Below, in pieces: positions 1 through 9,073 of a stretch of 26,733 nucleotides of DNA (position 1 is the stretch's first letter; every line of letters starts with the position of its first letter). This DNA comes from a virus (taxonomy: Duplodnaviria > Caudoviricetes). The DNA lies in IMG/VR virus record IMGVR_UViG_3300005077_000999, positions 1 through 26,733 of that record; one strand, 5' to 3'. Both the position numbers and the translations under genes were made by a program. The notes beneath the pieces are model-generated. The model was given only the letters and a program-made list of their open reading frames with translations. It searched no databases and was not told the DNA's origin.

Positions 1-1980
1 ACCGTCATCTTCCAGTGTCCAGTCACCATCAGTTGATATAAGGGTGATTCGCTGACCGGCAGCTCCATTGGTGATTTCCTGATTGTGCCCACCACCTGCA
101 CCAAGAGTCTTGGTTGCGGTCGTAGCACCAACCTTCCAGAGATCGCCAATAGACGCGTCAAGACCAGTAGTATCAAGGTCGATAGTTGTTACAGTTGAAG
201 AGGCAGTTCTACCAACTACGGTAAGGTCATTTGAGACTTCCAGGTTTGCGGAAACATCGACTTTAGTCGAAGCAGTCAGATTGATTGTTGCACCAACAAT
301 ATCCATTGTAGCTGCGCCGGAGCTATAGATATATTCAGTCGATGTCGCCGGAGCCCCGCGGAAAGAAATCTTCTTACCGTCAGTCATATCAACATCGGAT
401 GCTAGTGCAATAACACCAGCAGTCCCTGAGTTTGCAGCGGCACCAGCAGTAAGAGTTATATTACCACCGTTCTGGTCACCGACTGCGGGGTCTACACCAG
501 CAGCAGCAGTAATGGCAATCGAACCACCATCACCATCAACCGGAGTGCCTGTCTGTATCGTAATATCACCAGATGCGCCAGAAGTCCCGGGGACACCTGT
601 CGCTATTGTAATAGCACCAGAAGTTCCCGCCGTAGAAGCTCCAGAGGTAATTGTGATGGCCCCACCTGTCCCAGTAGCACCTGCAGCACCTGCAGCGATA
701 GTAGCAGCACCACCTGCCGCTGAACCAGCACCAGCACCAGCAGTGAGTTTAACTTCTCCACCTGCGCTATTTCCGCCTCCAGCAGCACCAGCCTTCAGTT
801 CTGCCGCGCCACCTACAGCGTCATCTCCACCTGCACCAGCAGTAAGAGCCATTGCTCCACCTGCGCCGGTTGTAGTCCCTGCGCCAGAGGTGATAGTCAC
901 CGCACCACCAGCAGATGCCGTGAAGCCCTGCCCTGCTATCATTTGAATTGCTCCACCGGCTGCCGATGAGCCCGGTGCAACACTTACATCGAATGCATTG
1001 GTATTTTCAGTTGTAAGATTGATGTCAAAGATCCCGGCATCCATTTCTACTTCGGTGGCCGAATCAAGTGAGAGTTTCGTATCAGCTACCACGGAAACAT
1101 TGCCGTCTGTCGCAAGGTCCACATATACATTCTGGTCGTGGCCCACAAGCCTTCCATCCAGCTTCACGACTGCCGTGCTCAGGATGATGTCACCTGTAGC
1201 ATTTCCGCCATCAGCGGCAAGGGTGAGCAAGCCGTCGGAAGAGAGGTCAACATATACATTTGTGTCGTGACCTTCGATTTTCGAGTCACAGGTAATCGTC
1301 CCACCGGCACCCGGGGTAGCGAGAACTATTGCCCCTGCACCAGCTTTATCTGCAGAAAGAGTCATAGTGCCATCAGTATCCATGTCGATATAGATATTGG
1401 CATCATGACCAGTCAGTTTGCCATCAAGTTTCACTGAACCACCAGAACCGTGTGAAAGGGTAATTGCACCAGCAGCCGTTCCATCGGAGACGATATTAAG
1501 CACACCATCAGAGGCCGAGTTAATATACGTGCCCGAATCTTGGAACTCAATCTTGTTGGTCGTTCCGATTGTGGTAGTTCCATTTATGCTTGCACCACCA
1601 GAAAGCACTGGGGCTGACGAGAAGGTTTTCACACCTGCCACAGTTTGTGCTCCGGTCTTTGCAACAAGCCCACCCGAATCCGGTGTGGTAGAGTTAAACG
1701 AGGTTCCATCGGCCACAAGCACATTTCCAGAAGTCGGTGTGATGGTATCAATCACAATACCTGCTTCAAGCGCGTTACCCGCATTGTTGCCTCTGTAATG
1801 CACATTGTTCACGATAGAACCCGGGCCATCTGTTAGCGCAACAAACGTAGTTACAGACGCAGATGAAACCGCAACGAACGTGGCCGAACTTGAGGACCCC
1901 TCATTAATATATACTGTCGTTCCAGATCCACCGTCTGTCTGAACATTATAGTTCTTGTCTGACCGGCTTTCTGCACTGTG
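1..1980 (-). CDS. Long Gly/Ala/Thr-rich virion fibre/spike-like protein (3' end beyond the window; 5' start apparently frameshifted)
   Basis: Manual translation gives 660 stop-free codons from 1980 to 1 (…NVQTDGGSGTTVYINEGSSSSATF…GLVAKTGAQTVAGVKTFS…). It has three GHDxNxYxDxxxDG repeats and about 11 GGx(I/V)x(I/L)x(A/S/T)G repeats. It is missing from the ORF track, probably because it has no stop in the window. It lies directly downstream of the capsid gene. Confidence 0.8.
410..957 (-). repeat. Protein-level tandem repeats GGx(I/V)x(I/L)x(A/S/T)G, period about 16-17 aa
   Basis: GGAIQMIAG, GGAVTITSG, GGAMALTAG, GGAAELKAG, GGEVKLTAG, GGAATIAAG, GGAITITSG, SGAITIATG, SGDITIQTG, GGSIAITAA, GGNITLTAG. 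Confidence 0.85.
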
Positions 1981-2027
1981 TCAAACTTGGTTGACCCATC
2001 TACATAGTCACCACTATTAAGTGCCAT
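1851..2027 (-). CDS. 58-aa ORF carrying the strong RBS and ATG; probably the true N-terminus of the fibre gene, out of frame with it
   Basis: GGAAGGTGAG-aat-ATG at 2027 gives MALNSGDYVDGSTKFDTVQKAGQTRTIMFRQ… with a stop at 1851. It overlaps the long frame, which has no RBS-supported start of its own. Confidence 0.55.
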   Translation of the reverse strand: MALNSGDYVDGSTKFDTVQKAGQTRTIMFRQTVDLERQYILMRGPQVRPRSLRFHLRL

Positions 2028-2055
2028 ATTCTCACCTTCCTTTTTTTATTATCCC

Positions 2056-2083
2056 AAAGAAAGGGGGGTCACAGGCACCCCCC
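2056..2083 (-). terminator. Intrinsic terminator after the major capsid gene
   Basis: On the minus strand, stem GGGGGGT/ACCCCCC with a 7-nt loop, followed by TTTCTTT, starting 7 nt after the capsid stop codon. Confidence 0.75.
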
Positions 2084-2090
2084 GTGTTGA

Positions 2091-2987
2091 CTAGGTGGTT
2101 CCCGAGTTAAACCACAGGAGAGCCCTTCTCCAGTCAGAGATTCCGGTGGAACACCTGAACCTCATCCTGATTGCGGTCGCGTCGTTGCTGTCGTCGGTGA
2201 ATTCCTTCATTGCGGGCTTGATTCTCCAGAACCATTTGAAACCATCATCGTTGGGCTTATCCAGAAGAGCCCACATGTTGGCATCAGTCAGATACTGGTT
2301 CATCATCGGATCGAACTTCCCCTTGAGGTAGTTGATCGTGTTGTTCGCGCTGAACGGTTCACCAGTGGTTCCCATCAGCTTGCTCACCATGGGATCGTTG
2401 TCCGGGTGATACATAAGAATGGGACTGGTCGGTGCGGTTACCGGGTGTCCTTCAAAGGACTTCCTGTTAAGCATGGCGACTCTGGCCGCTTCCAGGGTGC
2501 TGTAGCACAGATCAGACTGGGTGGTCGGGGTGTTTGCATGGGTTCCATCAAGAGCGGGGTGCAGAAGAGATGCCAGGTAAACGCCATCGACACCAGTGGT
2601 AGAAGCCGCAGTGTTCAGGACATTGGCTGCAAGAGACTCTACAGTCTGAATCATAGCCTTGGTCATGAACCCGGGGATCTTCTTCAGGAAGCCGTAAAGC
2701 TCATCTTCCTTCGCAACGATACCATACTTCAGCACTACACCATACTGAACATGGGTATATGTTTTCTCGTAGCCAGGAGTGACATCGGCTTCCTCGTAGT
2801 TCTGGTTCTCACCAACACTGGGAATGTTGAAGAAACCGAACATCGAGTAGTCCTTTTCAGTCTGCTGGCTGGAGGTGTCCACGTCGGTATATTTCTGATA
2901 CAGCTTGTCCACCTGGTTCAGGTTGTCTACAATGACCTTCCTGAGACCAACTGCGAACAGCTTCGGGGCAGTTGTGCTTATGAACAT
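2091..2987 (-). CDS. Major capsid protein (HK97 fold; Mu gpT-like / phiM5-like type)
   Basis: 298 aa with RBS GGAAGGAGG. The motifs KTYTHVQYG…EDELYG…AANVLN…GVDGVYLASLLHP…R.S.G.SDWR match this capsid type as I recall it. It is last in the head operon and followed by a terminator. Confidence 0.85.
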   Translation of the reverse strand: MFISTTAPKLFAVGLRKVIVDNLNQVDKLYQKYTDVDTSSQQTEKDYSMFGFFNIPSVGENQNYEEADVTPGYEKTYTHVQYGVVLKYGIVAKEDELYGFLKKIPGFMTKAMIQTVESLAANVLNTAASTTGVDGVYLASLLHPALDGTHANTPTTQSDLCYSTLEAARVAMLNRKSFEGHPVTAPTSPILMYHPDNDPMVSKLMGTTGEPFSANNTINYLKGKFDPMMNQYLTDANMWALLDKPNDDGFKWFWRIKPAMKEFTDDSNDATAIRMRFRCSTGISDWRRALLWFNSGTT

Positions 2988-3012
2988 ATGTTTTTCCTCC
3001 TTCCTTTAAAGA

Positions 3013-3528
3013 TTAGAGACTCATAAGCTGGCTGTTAGCCGCTTTGAGCATGCAGATATACCTGCCATAGGCATCCCCAACGGTATACTTGGGGTCTACC
3101 TGAACGATCTTGAAGATGTAAGCTGCATTCGAGCCGATGGCAGCCTTATTCACCGTAAAGACTCCTGCGGTGTTGATAATGCTGGCATCCTTGCCCACAT
3201 CAGCCTGTGCAGTCACTGCACTATCCGAGCCGTTTGCGCCTGTGACGCATACCCTGAGCCTTGTTACACCAGGTATGATGGGGAACACTACTACATCAGC
3301 ATCAGTTGTTCCAGAAGCATCATGCATTGCAATCCCAAGAACCTTCTCGTCAGCCGCTCCCGCGCACTCTATAATCTGACCATCATGACCAGTATCTGCA
3401 GCGAGACCGATTCTCACCAGACTGCCCTTTTTGAAATCCTGACTCGCAGCTTCAGGAAGAGTAAGGCACTGCTCCAGACCCGGAGGGGCCTGCGCTACCT
3501 CGATAGCTTTAATTGTCCAAGTTGCCAT
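3013..3528 (-). CDS. Putative capsid cement/decoration protein
   Basis: 171 aa, beta-rich and Ala/Gly-rich (EAASQDFKKGSLV…VLGIAMHDASG), immediately upstream of the capsid gene. Confidence 0.55.
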   Translation of the reverse strand: MATWTIKAIEVAQAPPGLEQCLTLPEAASQDFKKGSLVRIGLAADTGHDGQIIECAGAADEKVLGIAMHDASGTTDADVVVFPIIPGVTRLRVCVTGANGSDSAVTAQADVGKDASIINTAGVFTVNKAAIGSNAAYIFKIVQVDPKYTVGDAYGRYICMLKAANSQLMSL

Positions 3529-3534
3529 ATTCGT

Positions 3535-4017
3535 TTACCTCCCTTTTCTCACATACTTTCCAGACGACTCGGGGGCGGGGCCACGGACCACTTTTATGTT
3601 ACAACCCGAGGTCACTCCCATTCCGCCTCTATACTTGTTCTCCGTCTCGATGCCCCGGGAGAACCTACTTCTGTAAATTGCCTGCTCCTCTTTCGCCAGG
3701 GACACGGGTCTCTGCATCAGCATCAGCTCATCTCCCATAGCTTTGATCAGAGGAGGCCCGTCACATGTGCCATCTTTCTTGGCATTCGACGCGAACGGGA
3801 CCTTTATGTCAGGGTCGGTGCAGGGCTGGAACCCGAAATGCTTTATCTTCTTCTCAATGTTTCTCGGGTCATTTGCCCGGGCGAGGTAATACTGCATCCC
3901 ATCTACCAGACCCCCCTTCTCGTCCCGCTTTTCCTTCTTCCCCTCAACCGTGAACTCATCCACGTTTTCCCCAAACGAGAACCTATACTGGGGCTCTCCG
4001 ACTTCTATGTTAGCCAT
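3535..4017 (-). CDS. Conserved head-module protein of unknown function
   Basis: 160 aa with RBS AAGGGAG. The pattern DPRNIEKKIKHFGFQP…GDELMLMQRP resembles the gene found between scaffold and cement in this head-module type. Confidence 0.6.
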   Translation of the reverse strand: MANIEVGEPQYRFSFGENVDEFTVEGKKEKRDEKGGLVDGMQYYLARANDPRNIEKKIKHFGFQPCTDPDIKVPFASNAKKDGTCDGPPLIKAMGDELMLMQRPVSLAKEEQAIYRSRFSRGIETENKYRGGMGVTSGCNIKVVRGPAPESSGKYVRKGR

Positions 4018-4031
4018 GACTTTCTCCCTTC

Positions 4032-4688
4032 CTATATGTTTTCAATAATGAGTTCGCCATACTTGGTGTATGTGTAGTCTACACCCTTCCCCGCTGCGAC
4101 ATCTTTCAGCTCTTTGATGTAGTCCCCTTCGTTAATCTTCAAAGTCGCCGCAACGCGCCTGTCGTGCCTGGAAAGCTGAGGGTCCGAGCCGCCCTTGGGT
4201 TTGCTCTTACTCTTTTCCATAGCCACCTTCGACTTTTGCACCATGATGAGAGCCTGTTCTTTACCGAGTCCGGGGACCTCCCTCATCAGCTTGGCTACAT
4301 CCCTCCCAACGGGAGTATTGAAAAATATGGAATCCTTCGCCTTTTCAATCTCAGACTTGATCTCACTCATCTCTGAGTGATTTGCCATGGCAAGCCCGTA
4401 GGCTACCTGGTTGAGAATGTTTTCGTCCCCGTCAAGAACAGAGAGTGCTCCACGAATCATTTTATACTTCTCGACGAAGCTCTTATCAGGCTGCTGAGTA
4501 ACCTGGGGTATAGGCTGCGGGCTGTGCGCCCTGGCCGGAGCTGGTTCGCTCTCGGCTTGCTGTTCCTCCTCCTGTTCCTCCTCGGGCTCACTCTCTTCAC
4601 CCGAGCCATAATGTGCTTCGTGTCCCATCGACCCGTCTATGTCCAGGTCCTCATCTCCAAGTGTCATATACTCTGGATCCATCTTCAA
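4032..4688 (-). CDS. Probable capsid scaffolding protein
   Basis: Acidic disordered N-terminus, helical middle, and C-terminal LSRHDRRVAATLKINEGDYIKEL helix pair. It lies between the portal and capsid genes. Start is TTG 4688 or ATG 4682. Confidence 0.65.
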   Translation of the reverse strand: MKMDPEYMTLGDEDLDIDGSMGHEAHYGSGEESEPEEEQEEEQQAESEPAPARAHSPQPIPQVTQQPDKSFVEKYKMIRGALSVLDGDENILNQVAYGLAMANHSEMSEIKSEIEKAKDSIFFNTPVGRDVAKLMREVPGLGKEQALIMVQKSKVAMEKSKSKPKGGSDPQLSRHDRRVAATLKINEGDYIKELKDVAAGKGVDYTYTKYGELIIENI

Positions 4689-4884
4689 TTTCCATCCTTT
4701 CTAAGTCAACATCCAGGAAACTTTGTGAAACCTCCTCTATAAGGTCTGCCACCCATTCCAGCCTTGCAAGGCCAGTCCTCACGGACGTTACAGACTTTAA
4801 AGGACAGGTTTTCAGTCGAGTCTCCTCTATCTTTATCTCCTCCTTAACCTTTTCGAGGAGCAAATTTTTAAAATCATTCAACAT
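4651..4884 (-). CDS. Small helical hypothetical protein after the portal gene
   Basis: 77 aa with RBS GAAGGGA, directly downstream of the promoter at 4910-4938. Confidence 0.65.
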   Translation of the reverse strand: MLNDFKNLLLEKVKEEIKIEETRLKTCPLKSVTSVRTGLARLEWVADLIEEVSQSFLDVDLERMEIEDGSRVYDTWR

Positions 4885-4909
4885 AAGATATTAGGTCCCT
4901 TCACTATAC

Positions 4910-4938
4910 ATTATACCATAAAACCTACCATTTGTCAA
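4910..4938 (-). promoter_or_regulatory. Consensus sigma70/sigmaA promoter for the scaffold-capsid genes
   Basis: TTGACA (4938-4933), 17-nt spacer, TATAAT (4915-4910), with an extended -10 TGn. Confidence 0.85.
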
Positions 4939-4941
4939 TAC

Positions 4942-6903
4942 CTATTTCCCCTTTTTGGAAGATTTATTTTTTGAGCCAGATCCCTTCTTTTTAGAACTTG
5001 CTGTCTTTGCCTGGGGACCACCAGAAGCCGCCGGGTTCCCTCCCCCGGTATTACTGAGCTGCACATTCCCTGGCTGCGGCTGGCCGGTTGGGATTCCAAT
5101 AGGCTGCCCCCCAAGCATCATGGCACTTATCAGGTTCGGTGGATAATCTGGGTGCATCCTTGGGAGAATCCACTGGAGCAGCACTACCTGGTCTATGAAA
5201 GGATTCTGTGAAAACAACTGATACGTCTCGATGGCATCCTGCTTGTCAATCTCCTCCTTGTTCGGATTGATACTTATGGTAATATCATAATCCTCCACGA
5301 ACTCCGCCGGTTGGATTATATCTACCCCTTCAGTCTGATTCGGGTTCGTGCTTGCCATGGGGAACTCCCCTCTCCAGGTCACCCCACAGAGCTGGAGTAT
5401 CGTATTGAACATCGGGGCCATCCCAGTGATCACCAGCAACGAGCTACCAAAGTCGAACGGGAGGTTCGCCAGGGAATATACGTTATTGCTCTCCGCAGTA
5501 GTCATCCTCTCACCTTTGGCTGCCTTCCCCTGGGCCACCTGACCGATATTTGCCTCGTCCTCCCCTTCTGACTGCATATACTGAAGCTCGGCCAGTGTCG
5601 TATCGGTCACGTTATCATATTCAACAAACTTATAATCATCCATGTTGTTGACCAGGACCTTTACACCACTGTCCAGTATCAACTTGCTCGGGTCACTTAT
5701 GAACCCCTTCCCTATCAGCATTGTAGGGTTCAACAGCTTGTTGATGTTCTCAATCCTCTGGTTCCGCTTCACATCCATCTCATGCTGCAGCTCAAGAAAA
5801 TACTCTCCATGGCTCTTCACCCAGAACTCCTCCCCAGTGCTCGGCAGCAACCTCCAGTCCTGGTAAGGAAACCCTATGGGGTTATCAACTGCCCGGAGGA
5901 AATACTTCTCCTCCCCGACCCAGTAGATATTCCCCCTGTCATGGTATTCATAGACCATATACCGGTCAAACTTTGACACCGAGCTGTCAGACACCCCCCG
6001 GGCATCCGACCGGTCTATATTCCCGGACTCCAGGGTCCTCGCTTTGATTCCCCCATCCCGGAGGATCTCCCCTGAATCATAATCCTTCGTGGTCATCCTG
6101 ACCAGGTTCTTTGCCATCAATGTTCCAGTCCTGGGGTTCCCGTCCTTGTCCGTAACCTCCCGGACAGCCCGGGCCTTGATCATTTCCATACCAAACTTCT
6201 CATCCCAGGCCCCACTCTCGATTCGAGCCAGCACGGTATCATGGTCCACCCAGAGCCTCTCCACAACAAAATCACAATCGTCCATGGAGGTTGCATACGG
6301 GTCTATCTTAATATCGAACTGGTTGACCGTATACACCGTGCAGTCCGGGGCCAGTGACTCGGGGTTCGGGACCGTTTTTGTGAAACCAACACCATACAAT
6401 GCCGTTCGGGTCACGACCTTGACAATCTCCATGGGGATCTTGTGCTTCTTATACAGGTCAAACAAGAAGTTCTCAATCTTATAGGCCCGGACCTTCGACT
6501 TCCGTATCCTGGCCGATATGAAATTACTGTAGGGCTGGACTATCCGAACACATAACATGGCGACCATCCGGTTAATCAACCGGCGCATCAACCCTGTCTT
6601 AATCCTGGACTCCGGCTTCTTCTGCCCCCGGCCCACCGTGAACTCCCTCTCACTCCGATACGCATCTTGCACGGCCATCCACTTCGATACCACGTCTGCC
6701 ATGTTGCTTTCTGCATATCTGAACTTCTCGACCACCCTGTCCACGATGTCCTTTTTCTCGTCATCACTCAATGTAGTTATCGTAGACCAGGGCTCTACAA
6801 TCTGTGCCGCTGCCTGGACATCTGCGTCCCCACCGGGACCCTGTGACATATCCGCAGAGGGGTCTATTCCTGCCATCTGCATTATACCCATTATCTGGTC
6901 CAT
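4942..6903 (-). CDS. Portal protein (P22-like, podovirus type)
   Basis: 653 aa, coupled to TerL by a TAATG overlap. Motifs ALYGVGFTKT, IDPYATSMDDCDFV, LQHEMDVKRNQRIEN…NP and TTAE; low-complexity Gln/Gly/Lys tail. Confidence 0.85.
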   Translation of the reverse strand: MDQIMGIMQMAGIDPSADMSQGPGGDADVQAAAQIVEPWSTITTLSDDEKKDIVDRVVEKFRYAESNMADVVSKWMAVQDAYRSEREFTVGRGQKKPESRIKTGLMRRLINRMVAMLCVRIVQPYSNFISARIRKSKVRAYKIENFLFDLYKKHKIPMEIVKVVTRTALYGVGFTKTVPNPESLAPDCTVYTVNQFDIKIDPYATSMDDCDFVVERLWVDHDTVLARIESGAWDEKFGMEMIKARAVREVTDKDGNPRTGTLMAKNLVRMTTKDYDSGEILRDGGIKARTLESGNIDRSDARGVSDSSVSKFDRYMVYEYHDRGNIYWVGEEKYFLRAVDNPIGFPYQDWRLLPSTGEEFWVKSHGEYFLELQHEMDVKRNQRIENINKLLNPTMLIGKGFISDPSKLILDSGVKVLVNNMDDYKFVEYDNVTDTTLAELQYMQSEGEDEANIGQVAQGKAAKGERMTTAESNNVYSLANLPFDFGSSLLVITGMAPMFNTILQLCGVTWRGEFPMASTNPNQTEGVDIIQPAEFVEDYDITISINPNKEEIDKQDAIETYQLFSQNPFIDQVVLLQWILPRMHPDYPPNLISAMMLGGQPIGIPTGQPQPGNVQLSNTGGGNPAASGGPQAKTASSKKKGSGSKNKSSKKGK

Positions 6904-8492
6904 TAATCCTCAGCCTCCTCATCGTTCGGATAGTAAATCTGGTGTCCCGTCAGAGAATCCCTATACACTACCGTTTCAGTCCTACCTGTAGGACCCAGGT
7001 AGACTGGAGGGATATTCAGTCCATACCTCAAACCATCAAGCAGATGGTCCTTCTGACGCTTTTTGATGTTGCCATACATATCTGTGCAGTAGTTCTTTAT
7101 CTCCCTGAACAGGTTCCCCAGGTGGGACAGGAAGTAAACCGCCGGGTGCTCCCCGTGCTCTGCGTTCCGTAAATACGCCCGGACCACCTCTATGCCTGAC
7201 TCGATGTCGTTGTTCGCCCGGGAGTAAAACCTGGGGAACCTTACATCGTTTGCCATCTCCCCCGCGATAGTCGTCCCGGTGAACTCCCTGGCAAAGCAAG
7301 CAGGGTCCAGCTTACAGATCTCGGGCCTCCCCGGGTGGTCCCGTTCCTGCATCTCCATGAAAAAGCAATGGTCTGTCAAAACCCTGTTCCGAACATAGTA
7401 TTCATCGAACACAATAACGTCCTGATTCGGTAGCACCATGAACCACAAACCTGCAAAGGGATCGTCTATGCCCCAGTCCGCAGTATGATATATGGTCCCA
7501 TCCAAGCCCTTCAGGTCCTCAATCGTAACCCCATCCAGAATATGGATATCAGGAATGAAGTTATAAATCAGCGAATCTGCCAGGGCCTTATCGTCAATCT
7601 CATACTCCTGGTTCCACTGCCGTATGTCAGGATACTTTGCCTTCTCCCTTTCATACCACTGCCTCCCCTCCGGGGTATCGGGGTCCTTGGCCGGGTTGGA
7701 GCTATAATGCACCCTGACTACGTAGAAGGGATTATTCTTGTTCTGCCACTCCTCGATCCCTTTAATAGGTCTGCTTATGTCATGTTCGACCTTCATCCAT
7801 TTCTTGTCTTTGATTTCACCAATGGGTTCATCACGCACAAGTCGTGCGAAATAACTTGGCCTAATGGAGGACAGAATGATAGCCCTACCACCACCTTCCA
7901 AAGCAGGAACGGAACCCGTGATGGCAGCTTCCAACAGATCGTGTAATGCTGCTTCGTCGGAAATCCATAAAGATACAGTTTCTGATACGAGTTGTTTGTC
8001 CCCCTGCGGAATACCTTCGATTGAAGAGCCATTTGGAAATATCACCTCCGATTTCATTATCTTCGGTTCATTCCCCTCAAGCATAAACTTCGGAAGGTTC
8101 CGTATAATATGCTCTGCCTTCCTTATGATCTTATCGGCTTTCTCCGCCTTCAGGGATTGAATCATGCACAGCTTATCCTCATGAAAAATGCAGAACCACA
8201 CGGCAAACGCAGTAGCGAACCATGTCATCTGCATTCTCCTGGACTTTGGAATCAAAAGGAGGAAGTGCTCCTCCAAGACCTTTGCCATCCTTTTCAGGTG
8301 GGGGAAGGAAGGGAACAGCCTCTTGCTGACTACAAAGTTCTCATCCTTGGTATAGACCCATCTCGTGAGCCAATACCAAAACGACCTTCTACATAGCTCT
8401 CTCTCATAATCCCATAGCTCAGGATTCTTCAGAACTGTCTGGGTAGGCACCCACAGCTCTGGCTGTTCCAAGAAATCTTCCAAGGAAGTCAT
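6903..8492 (-). CDS. terL: Terminase large subunit
   Basis: Walker A-like PKSRRMQMTW, Walker B WISDEAA, RNase H-like nuclease motifs ADWGIDDPFAGLW and DHLLDGLRYG. Confidence 0.92.
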   Translation of the reverse strand: MTSLEDFLEQPELWVPTQTVLKNPELWDYERELCRRSFWYWLTRWVYTKDENFVVSKRLFPSFPHLKRMAKVLEEHFLLLIPKSRRMQMTWFATAFAVWFCIFHEDKLCMIQSLKAEKADKIIRKAEHIIRNLPKFMLEGNEPKIMKSEVIFPNGSSIEGIPQGDKQLVSETVSLWISDEAALHDLLEAAITGSVPALEGGGRAIILSSIRPSYFARLVRDEPIGEIKDKKWMKVEHDISRPIKGIEEWQNKNNPFYVVRVHYSSNPAKDPDTPEGRQWYEREKAKYPDIRQWNQEYEIDDKALADSLIYNFIPDIHILDGVTIEDLKGLDGTIYHTADWGIDDPFAGLWFMVLPNQDVIVFDEYYVRNRVLTDHCFFMEMQERDHPGRPEICKLDPACFAREFTGTTIAGEMANDVRFPRFYSRANNDIESGIEVVRAYLRNAEHGEHPAVYFLSHLGNLFREIKNYCTDMYGNIKKRQKDHLLDGLRYGLNIPPVYLGPTGRTETVVYRDSLTGHQIYYPNDEEAED

Positions 8493-8889
8493 CGCCTTGT
8501 TCTACCTTGAGGTTCAGGTTATTTTGTGTGTTATTCTGGACTGGGGGAACTCTCCCGTTACCTAAACCACTGAGTTCTAAAAGTTTCTCAATATGTTTTA
8601 TGCTACCGCTTCGTGCCATTCCTATGATTGCGTCGATGACATCCGGTATAGCAGCCGCCATTTTGCCCTTCTGCGTATCAATAACCTGGGATACGTAGCC
8701 AGGGCTGGCCTCAACCATCTTGATAAACTTATCGTCAATTCCTGGGTAAGTGCTTCTAAGGCCAGCAGCTATCTCCTCCGCTGACCTATCATCACCTTTA
8801 CTTCTCAGGTCTACCACCTCGGCCCGGATTACCCCGGCATCCTCCTTGGTAAACATCCTAACCAATGCGAGGCTCTTTTCGTCGCTCAT
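8419..8889 (-). CDS. Probable terminase small subunit
   Basis: 156 aa with an HTH-like N-terminus (SAEEIAAGL) and helical core. It is the first gene of the left arm and overlaps terL by 74 nt. The assignment is mainly positional. Confidence 0.6.
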   Translation of the reverse strand: MSDEKSLALVRMFTKEDAGVIRAEVVDLRSKGDDRSAEEIAAGLRSTYPGIDDKFIKMVEASPGYVSQVIDTQKGKMAAAIPDVIDAIIGMARSGSIKHIEKLLELSGLGNGRVPPVQNNTQNNLNLKVEQGDDFLGRFLGTARAVGAYPDSSEES

Positions 8890-8919
8890 AAAGTTAGATG
8901 AAGAACCCTTTCCATACCT

Positions 8920-8948
8920 ATCATATCACAAATTTTGAAATTTGTCAA
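8920..8948 (-). promoter_or_regulatory. Leftward sigma70-type promoter (packaging/structural arm)
   Basis: TTGACA (8948-8943), 17-nt spacer, TATGAT (8925-8920), with an extended TG. Confidence 0.8.
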
Positions 8949-8983
8949 GGGGTTTTCAAAAAAAATTTTTTTCGGCCAGGGTC

Positions 8984-9012
8984 TTGACAAAATTTTGAAT
9001 TCGTGTTATGAT
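8984..9012 (+). promoter_or_regulatory. Rightward sigma70-type promoter (replication arm)
   Basis: TTGACA (8984-8989), 17-nt spacer, TATGAT (9007-9012), with an extended TG. Confidence 0.8.
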
Positions 9013-9073
9013 GAATTCGAGGTCGAAAAACCTGCACAATTTTTTTCAAAACCTGCAGAAAGGAGGTTTCGTG

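Noticed and set aside
83-1836. Plus-strand Pro/Ala/Val-rich ORFs (83-328, 512-946, 998-1270, 1138-1437, 1418-1798)
   Set aside because: They are antisense shadows of the Gly/Ala/Thr-rich minus-strand fibre gene and lack RBSs.
2095-8938. Plus-strand ORFs over the head and packaging genes (e.g. 2406-3026, 3322-4077)
   Set aside because: They lie antisense to well-supported genes and show no motifs.
9008-9073. ORF-track N-terminal extension of the helicase (similar extensions at 11162 and 12054)
   Set aside because: ATG 9008 lies in the -10 box, and better RBS-supported starts lie downstream in each case.
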